Notes: a model not told the origin generated them from the letters alone. Shown: positions 39,046-52,691, counted from the first letter of the whole stretch. The stretch is DNA of 62,594 nt, filler included, from Choristocarpus tenellus KU-1152 (GCA_964200185.2; 9 parts of 9 records of this genome joined end to end with filler, not necessarily neighbours in it), one strand, 5' to 3'. Numbers and translations: made by a program.

Positions 39046-42000
39046 TATACTAAGGACGAAACCTACAACATTCGTTCACAATCAGATGGTCTTCGCAAGT
39101 CCTCTGAAACAGTGCTTCAAGAGCTTTTCCTTCAGGAGCCCGAAGGGTCTACATCTGACACAGTTACTTCTTCCTCTGACGAGATTTTGGACAAGGGGGC
39201 AGGTTTCATTGAGTTCCTTCCTGTGGAGTGGTATGAGGAGGTGAGTACTACATTGGAGCAAGCATTGTGTTGGTTGTGAGTTGTATGTGGTTTACAGTGT
39301 TGAACTTTTGCACAGGCTAAGTTTTGATACCTCTCCTTGGGAGCACACAAGATCAGCTTGTAATTTGTTTGTGTATGCCGATTTTGCTCGATTAAGCTGT
39401 TGCTAATGTTTCCTATGCGCAAAGGATAGTATGGTGTTTGCAATTCACAAGTTATTTGTTGTCATCAACTTAGTATTTTTCAGTTTTAGCGCTTTTATAC
39501 CTTGGAGTTATTTGGGACTCATTCACTGTATAGATCCTTCTTGGTGTGGAGGAATATTTCAGGGATTTTCACCAGCCTGCAAATGAAAAACATCCTGTCC
39601 ACTGCCTGGACCGGTCTCACAATTATTTAACATGTCCTGGTCCGAGTCCACTAGGTATTACGCTGGTCCATGTCTTCCGGCTGGACCAGGTCAAACATTC
39701 TCTGACTTGTCCAGACTGTAATATCCACAGGGTGTTGTACCAGTCCATGTCTACTGGTTGGTCGATCTAACATTTTCCTTGCATGTTTAGAACATGCCCA
39801 TACATTAGTTCAATTTGTTTCTGACATATCCAGATCATATCCACCACGTGCTATACAAGTATGAATGTGAGACATTCACAATCGCATGGATTACAGATTA
39901 CCTCAGACACCCAACAATGTATTTGTATTTACTCTGACAATTTAATATTCAATATAGTATAAAATCATATAGAAATATCACTTCGATATGTTTACTACTT
40001 GCAGTAAAAATTTGAAATTAGGATATAATATTCAACAAGAGTAATAAAATGTAAAATAGGAGGCATGACCATGACGTGCCTGGTCCAAATGTAAAAAAGG
40101 ATTAATATTCACTAGCCGCAGATAATTTATTCTAATATGGCCGAGTCCATGGCTATCGCTTACTCATCATGATTGGGGATGCTGGTCAGTCATGTATAAC
40201 CAACGTCGACCATGACTGAGTCCATGGTCATCGACGGTTTCAGTATGGTGGGGCCACAGACCAGCCTGCGGCCATATGGCCGACAGTGGGCATGCTACCT
40301 GCCTGGCCCGATGAAAAGCCCTGGAATGTTTTGCTCCTGGTGGTACAATAATTGCTCAATTTGTGGAGCACTTCCATGGTGTAAACCTTTGACGCACTGT
40401 TATTTGCATGTATAGTGTATCATTTTGTTGCCCCCCTTTTTTGGAACAACCTCAGGGTAAAGAAAATACAACACAGAAAAAATACTCTAGTCATGACCGT
40501 AGCAGGAGTCCAAGCAAGCTTGACCTCACTATTTGTGGAACAAGCTTAAGGGTTTGTGACATATTTTATGTGTTCAATGAGGCAGGTGCACCAGTCTGCT
40601 GGTAACAAGGGTGGGGCCTGTGGAATGGATGAAAACCTCGATGTGGTCACCCTCCCCACCATTCCTATGTTCAGGCAGTTTGCAAGTGAAATCCTCATGG
40701 ACATAATGTACTACATGACTCCCAGGTGTGCTTCTTGGATGGATGCCATGCATGTTTGTGACATCTGAGGGGTTTTTTTTCTCTCAGCTCGTACTCAGAT
40801 TGGCGGGTCAGGTATATGGGTTGAGAAGCAGCAGTCAGTCCAACAAATACGTCAACTTGCTTCTTGTTTTGAGATTCTAGTGCACATTTTCCCTGCAACA
40901 TTCACTTCAGTTCCCTCTCCAATCTTGGTACCGATCTTTGAATAATATTTGGTGGTGGCAACATGTGCAATTGCCTGAAGTTTTGCTGCGCCAACCAATA
41001 TATATAGCTGAGATTCTCAGTCAACCCACACTCCTATTGTGAATTTAACGTTTCCTTTCCTGTACATTGGGCATGTGCCATTGTCCTTTCTCATGACGAG
41101 AGCAAGACGTCAGCTTAGGTAAATTGTAGAGACAATATATTTTCTTGCCTGTTATAACTCTCTAACTTTTCCTAACTTTTTCTCCATTGCCACCAACAGG
41201 TTCATGGAGGTTATTATCAACACTGTGGTGTCAAAGATGAACCGCATGTTCACTACATTTTCAAAGTACAACCCTGACTTTAATGGGAAGGCAAGTATTA
41301 CGTCCCCCCTGCCCACTATTTTCGGTGTTTTCCAGGTATTGCTATTCATGCTCCTCTTCATCTATTCCTTGTGCAGTTCTGCGAAAATCCCATTGCCTAG
41401 TAGTTTTTCATAGATATGTTGGCAAATAATGTGGTTGTGCCCCATCTAGTAGTGATGGGTGTTTCTTATTGATAAGATTTTATTACCTCTCAATCATGTG
41501 TTCTCTGTGAGTGGCAGACCCAGCTAGCCTTACTGCTAGGTCACTGTGTGTGTTGAGCTCTGATCTATTGATTTTATACCATTTTCGTGATGTGCTTCCT
41601 CAACGTACGATGGGAAGAAGAGGAACAACTTGATGCTCTGGTAGACTGTATTTCATAGTATATCACAGGGCAGCAGTGCTGACTCATATTCTCACATTCA
41701 CATTGTACCGATAGAGTTGGTGCTTAAACCTATTGGTAGCCTATCAACTTCTCGACTTACTGCATGATTCATAGGCTACAGTAGAGAGGTTCTTGTGCCT
41801 TTTCCATGTTACAATTATTGTTCGTCCTGGGCTTATTGTCTCAATGCTTGTATGTGGTGTACTGGTCTGGCCTTCAGCAGCACCTTTTTGATAAAACATA
41901 GAATGCCTTGATGTGTAAAAGGGCTGGGTATTACTGGTAGGAGGCTCGGGTTTTTATTTATTAGATATTCATAGTAGTGACTGCTAGGGACACCATCAAA

Positions 42001-45000
42001 CGGTGACTTTTGGACTTCACTTGGATGCATCAGTTAAATTTGAGTGTTTCTCAGAAATTCTTATCCTGTGTCTTTGACCTCCACATTTCAGACAGGTTTT
42101 GAAACCTTTTCATTGTTTTGCCCCATGCATTTGTCTGGTGAAACTGAAATGCCCTTAGGTTGTCATCTTGGGTCACAGCCTTGGGACCATTATCGCATAT
42201 GATGCCCTCAAGGCACAGCCACACGGGCAGCTCAAGATCTCTCCCTATGCACCCATCCTGGAAGTGCCAGTGCTAAAGTGAGTTCCTTGACTATTGAAGT
42301 GACTTGAGAGGGTTGTGATTGCTACAAAATTCTTAAAATCGAAAAATACTGCACTAAATCATTGGATTTGTGCAATGTGTTTTCTTGGCCACTTTGGGCA
42401 AGACTGTATACATGTTTTTATTGTGAGGGAAGCTTAGCAAACAATGCATTCAATTCCAACCTCTTCTATCCTCCCATGAAATGAGGGACATGTTTGGCAC
42501 TTTTTGAGCATTTGCGCTTGAGAATAGATAAAGGAAGTTACTTGTTAGGCATGTTGTAGTGCATATTCACTAGTAAGAATTTCTCCACAAGAGCTCAACA
42601 ACACGGTTGAACTAGTGTGCGGTGCCCCTGGAGAAGAAAATTCTTGAAAAGGTGCTTGATTACGATGTGAGTCTCCTTTTTTGGTATGTAACTACATACA
42701 TCAAGTTCAACTATAATTAAGTAAAATATTACCACGACCTGAAATGCATTGTTGGAGACCATTTGCAATCCTGAGCTAGTTATCGTAGCACTCTACCTGT
42801 TTCTTGAGTTCAATGCTCCTTGCTTGAGATTATCGTAATTCCTCCTTTGATGGACCATTCTCTTGATGATACTGAACATTCCCATACTATTCCCTCATGT
42901 CAGCCTAACCCTAACCCTAACTCAAACTCTAGTACCAGCTCTTGAGCCCATCGAAAGAGTAGCAGAGAGGCTCGTTGATACTCTGACTTGTACAGATGTG
43001 ACCCTGTTGTGCAACCATCTCTCAAGAATATAATCTCCTGTAACCCACCCTGTGCCTGCCGTGAAGGTTTGAGCCCAGCATATTTGTGGCATGCGGATCA
43101 CCCATTGCAGTGTTCCTCACCCTGCGGGGTGGGATGGAGGGGGGACTGGATCTGACCTTCCCCACCTCACCCCGCTTCTACAATGTGTTCCACGTGAGAG
43201 TAACCCTAACTCCAACTATACCTTTTCTCTGGCGTGGGTTCAATTACTGTTCTAGATTGTAGCATCCAACATGCATCTATGTTTCCTGGATGACTTACAG
43301 TACCTCAGTCTTCCTTGTTCCTATGGAGAATTTCAGGCAATAAGTGTGTGAGCGTGATTTTTGTGTTATATTCCTTTTACCGTTGTACCATACCCTTATG
43401 TATCTGTTCTGCCCAGTGGCTTCTTTGGGACAAGAAGTTAGCACTTCATTCTTCTGCTGCAATGTCCAAAATGAGTAGCCCTACCAATGACCGCCCCTCT
43501 GTGTCCACCCCCCCAATACCCTTTAGCCTATGGACCCAGTCGCATATCGTCTGGAACCTCTGATCGACAAACGCCTCAAAGGGTTGCCACCTGCAAATGT
43601 TCCACACAAGGGAGGCGATAGGATGCATCTGGTTGCTCGCAGAATGAAAGAGGACTTTGTTGAAGGTTTAACTAAGAAAATCTCTGGCATGGTGAGTTCA
43701 GGGCTTAGGCTTTGGGTTTGGATACGCTGGCCTACTTGATCCTCTCTCTACTAGGGAACATTTCCTCCTAATAAATTATTATTTCCTTTTTGAATTGCTG
43801 GTTTTGAGAAATTTTTGCGACAGTGTTTATTGAGACAGGACTTTCAAGGTGAAAATTACCTATATTTGCTTTAGTGACACTTGATGTGATATTGAAAATT
43901 TGATCCACTTCATTCTCTACTAAATACTTTTCACGATGTATTCCCCTCTTGAAATACAATACACGGTTTGTTTACTTTTTGGCAGGTTGGGTACACCTCA
44001 TTACCATGGACATCGATTCATGTTTTACATGCTTGCAGGTTGTAGCGGTATGTTGTGCAGGTAATAATTTAAATAAATTTGAGCAAATAATATAGGGTGA
44101 CCACTGAGGTGATCCATAGAGTCATACCTACATGGGCATTCATCATTTCATCCATCCCTTGAGCTTCTTCAAGCATAACCTTCATGTCTAACATGTCACT
44201 TACCCTTCAAGCTTCAAAGCTTCCTACTATGAGGATATTCTATATTAGAGGTTATGGAGTGAGAGTCTGCCTGTGCATTGACCTGGCCTGAAATTTTTCA
44301 CGAGGCTGGATTCTATTGCATTTGATGATACAGATGGAAGCGATCAATCCATGGATGAGAATGCATATACATGTGACCAAACACGCAAAGATGAAGGGTA
44401 TGAAATGAAAATGAAAGAATTGGAAAATGCAAATTTAAAGGAGTAACAAGTTGAACTTATATGTGACAAAACATAATGAGTGGTCAATGCCAAGTTGCCT
44501 AGGCCATTCGAATTTTATTAGTTTAGACTAGCTGCTAATGTAATGTTAACAGTTTCATATCTGAAGTAAGGTCAGAAAACCATCTAACTCTCTCCTGCTT
44601 TGGACCACGCCTGATCAATCTTTGGTTATGAATGCATATGGCATGTACATTGCATATTGACTTCCTCTGTAGTTGTAGATGAAGTCATGTATGTGTCCAT
44701 GTGACGGTCACCTGATTTCTGTTGATAAGGCTGGCCTAGAGCGACTGCCTGTACCACCTGAGAGACACCAATTCAGAACAGATTTACAGCGGTCTCTCTA
44801 TTTCTGTCCAACAACTTGGTTTAGAGAGTTGATACACTTCGAGTGGGGCTGGACCCTTCCCAGGGTCGAGCTGAGATGAGTGTCAATGAGGAACATGAAC
44901 ACACAAGTGTGCTTTATCCCTGCATTTGTCTGACCACGTCTTGTGTGCTTTGTTCTAGAGGTGTTTACCATTGTGGTGTCGAGTACATTGATTGAACCAT

Positions 45001-45475
45001 TTTGAGGTTTGACTTCGAGGTTGGTCCTTCAAGACATTTTATTTGTTTTCTCTTGTTTGTGAGATACCAGATAGGCAGGACTTAGTAATAGGGTTATTCA
45101 GGTGATCACTACTCTGGTCCTATCTTTGAGACTGTTCCCCTCCCACTGTTTCCCCTGCCGTTGATTAGTTTAGATTTCCAAGAGTTTGATTTGGTTTGTC
45201 TTGTTGGTGTGGGCTGCGAAGGCAGTGTATAGCAGATGCTGTTGGACTGAGGTTAGATGAGATGGTTGGAGGGTCTGCAATATTATTTTTGTATGGTGCA
45301 ATTCAAGGCTCGTGTCATTTTGGGCTTGTACGTTTATGACCTATGATTTTTCCACTGCCTGTACTCAATAACTTGCTTTCTTGCTGTTGATCCTCTTCAG
45401 TCGGCATTCACGTCATTTCCTGACCCCTCCAAGATTTCTGACGCCCCAGAGGATTTGATATTTCCAGAGGATGAG
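39046..45475 (+). CDS. DDHD-domain (PA-PLA1/SEC23IP-like) phospholipase A1, internal exons 39046-39240, 40586-40725, 41200-41290, 42159-42277, 43067-43193, 43527-43691 and probably 45401-45475
   Basis: Motifs IEFLPVEW, EILMDIMYY, lipase GHSLG, GSPIAVFLTLRG and FYNVFHPMDPVAYRLEP; all junction phases checked are consistent. Confidence 0.92.
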
Positions 45476-46217
45476 GTGAGAGGAAGAGAGATAACTGTTG
45501 CCACTAATTGAGACAGACACACACACAGTCAATCATGACACGATTATCCTTTTCGCCCCCCTGAGCGCCTTTCATACCCTAATTGTCCTCGTGAAGGGCA
45601 AAGGTTCTGTACTGGTGCTAGACCCATGCATGGAGTTGTAGGCACTTTGCCTGTTGGGGAGGACTTCATCTTGACAGTGTTGTGCTTGTGACAAGACAAT
45701 AACTGAAATAGAAAAGTCTTTTGGAACTACTTTTATAGTATTCTTCTCTTATCGTGTGAATGAGCCAAGTTCTACCTATATATGAATGCAATAGAGATCT
45801 GCGCAACCAGTGATGCCAGAAAATACAACTTGAATTTGCCCCGGAGGATGTAATTACACAAGGTGGGCAGTCACCAGCCCTCACAAACTTCTCTAATTCA
45901 TAGCGAAGCAAATATTTTTGAAATGACCTCCACTGGTCACTCAAGAGTTTTTCCGATTGAAAACGTCGTTGCGCACGTGACCCCCTCACCCCTTGCGCCT
46001 GAGTTGACATCACACTCTATTCCAGAGGTTTCAATTTCGGAATAGCATTCTACAATGTGTCACGCATGTTCAAATTTACTGAAAACCTCCTCGTACCTAC
46101 CTTGAAAGAAACACTCATCAACTGGATGGATGTTATCTATGCAAAAGAGAGCTACTCAAGTAGAGTATTTTGCTTTGTGTGGTATGGATATGTTTATTAG
46201 TGGAGTGNNNNNNNNNN

Positions 46218-48880
46218 CCTCAAGGTGGGGGGTGGTGCTCTCCCTTGTTATCTAATTCATTCGTCATCAAACACGTCAGAAATATGTTTTAACATGTTTG
46301 TGACAGTTACACTACGTTAGTCACTTATAAGTTCAAGTTGCATTACTTCTTTCACTTGTATACTACAAACCATACAGATTATTAGTCTATATTGCACACT
46401 CCCCCATGAGCGTGCAGCAAAGTTCCTGACAAAGCTCACACTAGACGTGAAAGTACATAATGTGCAAAATCAGAAGTAAGACTCTTACGCAAAGACTTAG
46501 TCAAAATGTCCGCTAATTGTCTTGACGTTGGAACATATTCTATATGAAATATTCCTTGATTTAAATACTCTCTTGTACATTTTAATTTCATGTCCACATG
46601 CTTGGTCCTTCCATTGAATCCTGTGATGCTGCTTGCTTGAATAGCACCACGATTATCACAGAACCAGGGAATCTGTTTCTGTAATATGCCAATCTCCCCC
46701 AGAATACCTTGAAGGAAAATGCAGTGACGCATGCTGTATGCCATTGTCGTCCACTTTGCCTCCGAGCTGGAGAGGGTGACAGCACCTTGAAGTTTAGAGC
46801 GCCAAGCAATCAGTGATCCGTTGAGCAGGATTATGAACCCTGTAACACTCCTGCGTGTTTGTTTGTCTGTGCCCCAGTCATAATCTCCATACCCAACCAG
46901 GAGTTCTTCTTCTCTCTCGTTCATATCTTTGTTCCCTCGATTATAGCGAATGCAGATATCCAATGTCCCTGCTACGTAGCACAGAACGTGCCGTAATCCG
47001 CGCCAGTGTCGCATGCATGGAGATACTGCTCTACGCCCCAGTTCACGAACTCTATTAGCCAGGTCTGGTCGAGTCATGCCTGCTAAGAACATGAGTTTCC
47101 CAAGAATACTGGTATAGGGGTATATGATGGGATCTAGTTCCTCTTCATGATCTTGTCTGGCAGAGAGGTCCATGCCAGGGTCCAGTGGTGTAAATCTTTC
47201 TCGTACTTCCATAGAGCCCATCCCGGCCATGACAATACTTTCTGCATATAGTTGTTGGTCCAGAGTGATGCCATCTTCGCTCACAGTGATGCTCACTCCA
47301 ATCAGCTTGTCTGTCATACCTAGGTCTCGTCCTTCGTATTTTTGTAGTAGTGATGCCCTCATCCTTTGGATCTCTTCTGTGAAGTCTCCAGTGGTAGCAG
47401 TGTCGTCCACGAAGGTAGTGAGGATCGCAATGCGTCCGTCTTCACTCTTCTTGAAGTAGAGACACTCGTCGTGTTGACTATTTGTCCATCCTTCTGCGAG
47501 AATAGTGCCCCTTAATTCATGAAACCATTCCATGGCTGACTGCTTCAGCCCATAGATTGCTTTCTCAGCCTTGACGATGCAGTTGTCTGGAAGCTCCAGC
47601 CAGATGTCCTCCTGCAGATCTGCGTTGAGGTAGGCCTGTGTGAAATCTAGGGCTTCTATGTTCCAACCTTTGTACGCTGTGACTGATATGATGCATCGTA
47701 GTGTGTCATATCCCACTACTGGGCTGAAGGTTTCAAAGAAATCTACTCATGAATTTTGGGTAAACCCACATGCCATGAGTCTTGCCTTGCATCGTTCTAC
47801 TGTCCCGTCTACAGAGTACTTGATTTTGAAAACAAATCGTGTTTTGATTGCCTTCCTCCCTTGGGGTAGGGCTTTGTCACTAAATGTCCTCTTCTGCCAA
47901 AGTCCTGCCAGTTCCTTTTCCATGGCTTCCTGCCATTGATCTGCATCTGGCCCATTCAAGGCCTCCTTCGTTGTAGATGGTTCTTCTGGACCTGCTGTTA
48001 CTTCCCCCATGAGACCCATAAGGCAATACACTTCTTCGTTGTTCTGCTGCATAAGGGTTGATACGAAGTGGTTCATTTTCATTTCCTCATCCTCTTCCTG
48101 GGCACACATTTGGCATGTGTGGGCCATCCGCCGGCGCTGCTCCAGCCTGGCAGATTTCCGCCTGTGAGAGTGTGGGGCCAAGCATTTGGTTGCCATTTGT
48201 GCAACCCTATCCATGCGTTGGCGTTGTCCCATCCTGGGAAATTCTTGACTGTGTGGGGAAGCTGGGCGCTTTGCATTTTGAGCCCCACGCCCAATATTTG
48301 GGCTCTCACCCCCAGTCATGTCTGCCTCGCTCCCTGTTGTGGAAACCTCTTTACGTTTTGTATATCCAAGTTTATGTCTTCATCAAATTCTGATTCCTCC
48401 AGGATGTCCAGCTCTGGCTCCACCACTAGCTCCAGCACTTTGGCTTCAGGCTGGAAAGTCACCTGTGCTGAGGTTACCAGCTTATCTTCCTACACGTTCC
48501 AGCATAATGATGCCCTGTCGTGCCCCGCCTTGATGTAGTGTCATTGCCCCCAGTCTGAGTCTCCATACCTGACCAGGCCCCATTGTCCATTGTTTCTTTT
48601 GTTGAAGTAGCACTCACTCCCCCAGGCTTGAAGCCTGTCATAATTGAATGTCTTGTACATCATCCTCACCTGAGGTCGTACATCACAGAGGACGATATAG
48701 AGGAGGGTGTCGACCAACTTCGGGAGAAGAACGAGAGGGATGGAGCAGAGGCTACAGCTCAGTGTGTCAGACAACGCCGCCGGTCAATGGTTGGCCGCCA
48801 GCGGAAGCGCATTGACATGGAGAAGGATATACGGAGAAATATATACTCCTTGAACCGACACTCAGGGCTGTGCCAGATTT
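46218..48880 (-). mobile_element. Ty1/copia element fragment (integrase tail, RT, RNase H, PPT, 3' LTR)
   Basis: EPSTTKEAL, KARLMACGF, LDFTQAYLN, YGLKQS, FVDD, TRPDLA, SSSEA, CDNRGA, TKHVDMK; PPT GGGGGAG followed by TG at 46398. Confidence 0.93.
46436..47716 (-). CDS. Copia reverse transcriptase / RNase H ORF (426 aa uninterrupted)
   Basis: ORF track translation carries RVT_2 and copia RNase HI motifs. Confidence 0.9.
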   Translation of the reverse strand: MGYDTLRCIISVTAYKGWNIEALDFTQAYLNADLQEDIWLELPDNCIVKAEKAIYGLKQSAMEWFHELRGTILAEGWTNSQHDECLYFKKSEDGRIAILTTFVDDTATTGDFTEEIQRMRASLLQKYEGRDLGMTDKLIGVSITVSEDGITLDQQLYAESIVMAGMGSMEVRERFTPLDPGMDLSARQDHEEELDPIIYPYTSILGKLMFLAGMTRPDLANRVRELGRRAVSPCMRHWRGLRHVLCYVAGTLDICIRYNRGNKDMNEREEELLVGYGDYDWGTDKQTRRSVTGFIILLNGSLIAWRSKLQGAVTLSSSEAKWTTMAYSMRHCIFLQGILGEIGILQKQIPWFCDNRGAIQASSITGFNGRTKHVDMKLKCTREYLNQGIFHIEYVPTSRQLADILTKSLRKSLTSDFAHYVLSRLV

Positions 48881-48939
48881 AGATGAGTGAGAAATACTCA
48901 ATGCAGGTGCCAAGGGAAGAGGACTATACTTCAGGTGGG

Positions 48940-49330
48940 ACGATCAGTGGATGCGAGGGACTGTGACCAAGTACCAGCCCCACTACACGGAGAAAGTTGA
49001 CAATGAGTGAGTCAGCTACCCCTACGAGGTTAAATGGGAGAATGGCGAATTGCGAAATATCCAGCTCCTTGTCGAACGATACAGTATAGACCAAGACGCT
49101 CCTGCACGTACCTGGTTCTGGACAAGTCCCACTCTGCCCCCATACTGACGAGAGACACGACTTTGAGGAGCAACGTAGGCCAATTCCTGATCGTGAGTCA
49201 CCCTCTACGAGACATGCCTCGGCAGATATGTTGTACTGGAGAGGTTGGACGATCTCTAAATCAACACTAATATACATTTCGTATATTAACCCTTCATATC
49301 TTCCTGATGAGTTTGTGTCTATGTGTCCTC
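48940..49330 (+). pseudogene. Possible gypsy (chromovirus) integrase tail / chromodomain remnant
   Basis: LYWRGWTISKST resembles the chromodomain core YLVxWxGxxxSESTW; degraded. Confidence 0.4.
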
Positions 49331-49731
49331 ATACGCATGCTTTTATTGGCCCGATGGCAACCTGGAATTCATCGCGACTAAGTACGTTCTGCCACTATCC
49401 TCTGATACTCTTACTGACGCGACCCAATCCTTTTTCCTCCCCTCTTTGCGTTGATCGTACTACAGAGCAATGAACAGAAACCTTGCTAAAACGAACAAGT
49501 CGCAGAAGCATCTCGTACTCTGTACCACCATCTTCAGCACAAGTCGAGATTTTCACAACAGATGAATCCTTTTCCACACCCAATCCAAACGGCGGCAACC
49601 ATCCTAGCTCCAAACTATGAACCCAACGTCAACTTCCCTGAGCCACAATAACATAGTTTACACCCACTCAAGCGCCAAGCGTAGGTCCTAAAGGCATTTT
49701 GTTCCAAAATACGTCAAAAAAGGACGGTGAC

Positions 49732-50198
49732 TGGTCAAAGTATCTTGGGGGGTGGTGGTTAGTGAGGGGGCGTCTGTTTCGGTCCCAACGACTTGCTCAG
49801 AAATTATAGCAATTGCTGTCTGAGTGAAATATCTTAGAGGGTACGAGTTTTGCCCTGTCTATCCATTTGGGGCTTGGCTTCCCATGGGTTTTATTATGAC
49901 ATTTTCCTACTCAAAAATCTTTAGCTGTAGGTAAAATGTAAACGTTATGAAAAGGTGTGTCCGGAACATGGATATTGACACTTCCTAACAAACACGATAG
50001 CCAAATTATATCAAATCGCAACATTGGACTTTGGCCCCCAAATGGACGCGGCTCTACCCTCGAAGATACATTGGTCTGTCTTCAGTCGTGGACGGTCCAC
50101 GACTGAAGACAGCAATTGCTATAATTTCAGAGCAACTCATCCGAGCCGAAACGGACACCCCCTCACACACCACCCCCCCCCCCCCCCGATCTAACCCC
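49732..50198. mobile_element. Palindromic (foldback) element with family-B-type terminus, interrupted by a family A MITE
   Basis: Left arm starts ggtcaaagtatcttggggg; after removing the insert, the arms form a perfect 34-bp hairpin centred at 50094. Confidence 0.8.
49822..50076 (-). mobile_element. MITE family A copy nested in the foldback element
   Basis: TIRs; target duplication tgtct/tgtct. Confidence 0.88.
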
Positions 50199-51226
50199 NN
50201 NNNNNNNNNNNNNNNNNNNNNNNNNNNNNNNNNNNNNNNNNNTTAATTAATTAANNNNNNNNNNNNNNNNNNNNNNNNNNNNNNNNNNNNNNNNNNNNCC
50301 ATGCCCGAATGAAGAGGGCAAGATAGTCAGCAAACACAGGTTGTTCCACCCCCCCCCCCCCCAGTTTTGGTTACAGATGCAAGGAGGAACACATACAACA
50401 AGAGAAAGTATCCATTGTTTCCCCATTGGCGACACATGGGATGGAAGGGAGTGAAGGGGAAAAATCGTTTGGAATGGCTGATGAGACAGATGAGGAATGC
50501 AGTGAAATTGAAGAAAAAGTTTACAGCGGTTTTGAGAATGCCTTTTTCATTTTGTTGGTGTAAAAAAATCGTGCGTTTAGAGCTTTCTGATTTGCTGTAC
50601 ACCTTGCATCTACTGAAGAAAAATCAATGGGAATATCGAAGACTTGATCACAACATAGGTTAGAGGTGTGCCAGATCATGTGACAAGATGTAAATATATA
50701 GAACTATATACTCCAGAACACCTGGTTATAAATAGAATAGAGCCAGTAAGAAAGTCATGCAACAAAAAATAGTAGGCATGAATACTCGTAAATAGTGTTC
50801 TACGCTGGGACGGGTTGACAACCTTAGAGAATACAGTGTATTCTCAATTGAAACAAGCGCAACATTATGCTACAAGTAGATTTTATCCTTCATGTGATAC
50901 ATACGATGTTTACTCCATACAGAATATTTTGTAGTAGTCAACTACTTAAGACTACTCGCAAGCAAATAAGATGAGGCTTAAGCATGTAAGGCAGAAGCAC
51001 AACACATGTGTGAATTTCGATCTGTACACAATGTTTGGTGTGTATCTATTTATCTATCTATGAGCCAGAAGCACAAATTTGAGAGGAAGCATGCTGAACA
51101 TGTTTGGAAGTACCCTATCCATATAGATGTGACCCTTTCCAACAAAGACAATTGGTATGGCTCAGAGGGGGAGAGTATAGTGTTGCCAACTTGTGTCACC
51201 TCACCACTCCCCTTTCTATCCCTCAC

Positions 51227-52691
51227 CGTGAAGAAACAATATGACTCCCCTGCCTCCCGCTGCCATGACCTCTCCCTCTGGGACGTATACTCGCATGGGC
51301 AATTCCCTCCCCTTAACCTTCGTGCTGACATCCTGGATCTGATGAGGGAATATGAACACAGAAAGATAGTGCAAGTACATGTGGGCAATGACTTTTTTCA
51401 CCTACTCCCCCTCTCCTGGTCCAACTACCACACTCCCAGGGGAGGGATTTGACAGGAGGGGAGGAGGGATGAGCTTCTCCTTTCTTTAATAGTGGGGACA
51501 TAAAAGCATTGTGCCACATGTATTGCTAGACACAGCATGACAGCCATCTCTATTATATTCATGTTCAACAATGAACTCCTTACATCAGAAACCCAATCCC
51601 ATCATGTTAGCAGTTTGTCTCCAAAAACCGCTGTACAGTACAGTAGAGTGCTGCACTATGTCACAACTACGTGTGTACCTGGCGATACAGCAGTGTGAGC
51701 AAACAATTAGGTTGAACTGGATGGATAAAGGCAACCCAAGTATCTCCCATCCATGACTAGAGCAAACAGAAATGGTGAAACAAGAAACATCTATGCCTTT
51801 GTTCCTTCTGTCATTTCACATGTTCATACTCGGTCCACAACTCTATCCCTATAGTTAATTATTCTCCAACACCTGTTTTACTGCAGCGTATGCCTAAACA
51901 ATGCCATAGTGGCCCACATTTAGGCTACCACCTACGGACCTCAGCCATTTCGCCCTTGAGCAGCCTTGACCTCAATGTAGTCATTTTGTTAGCTGCGGCC
52001 CTCCAAGAGACCCACACCTCTTCCGGGGCTCCAACTGGCGGCATGAGAGCTTCTTTCATACTTGGCATCCTCATTGCCATGCACACTATCCAACTCATCA
52101 GCGCCATCTCCCTCCACAAATAAGCCAAAGGAACAAACAGTAGTAGCGACGGGGGTGGCTTCATCTACTAATGTATACACATACATGAGTGGGAGTGGGG
52201 CTTGTCGACGTTGAAGGGAACGCGGATACTTTACACTTTTGAGTTTTTTTAGATCACCTTACACAGGAAAGATGGAAGAGGGTTCCGAAAACGTGCAGGT
52301 TCAGTTGTTGCACACATGAACGGAAGTGTAGTGTGTATAATTTCTCATGAGCAAGTTCGGAATCATGTCGTGATCATTCGAACACGGAAACGCCCCTTCC
52401 ATCATGCATTCGGTCCAGTATACGAGTAAAGAACACAAAAAAAATTGAGCTATGTGCTGTCGCAAAGAGGGGAAGTTTTGATATGAGAATATCGATGACC
52501 CAACTGCAACGACCACACTCGCCAACAGATTCTCATTCGAAGGTTTACCTGGTCGCCCGGACATAAAAAAAGAGTCCCAAGATCCCCACCAAAGTCAAGC
52601 ACACGAGGCGAGAGAATGCTCTTCCCTCTGGATTCTTGGTGGTGGGCTGTGGCTGCAAGGTTTGCGGCCCCATCGCATCTATGGCACTCAT
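51227..52691 (-). CDS. 5' exons of an HSL-family alpha/beta hydrolase (abhydrolase_3) with an N-terminal TM segment
   Basis: Exon 51338-51227 IQDVSTKVKGRELPMRVYVPEGEVMAAGGRGVILFLH(G) leads into the HGG motif; putative first exon 52691-52549 MSAIDAMG...LVCLTLVGILGLFFYV; middle exon about 52164-51941, with one phase unresolved. Confidence 0.65.

Noticed and set aside
44829-44888. Imperfect stem-loop in the DDHD intron as an ncRNA
   Set aside because: Short imperfect stem with no recognisable RNA family motif
48541-48600. Second YGDSDWG motif suggesting a duplicated RNase H start
   Set aside because: It lies where the copia integrase C-terminal (SH3-like) region is expected; cannot be distinguished from coincidence
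2768-50076. Recurrent ~250-bp repeats as a CRISPR-like or ncRNA array
   Set aside because: They are dispersed in both orientations with TIRs and TSDs, and there is no repeat-spacer periodicity or Cas-like ORF
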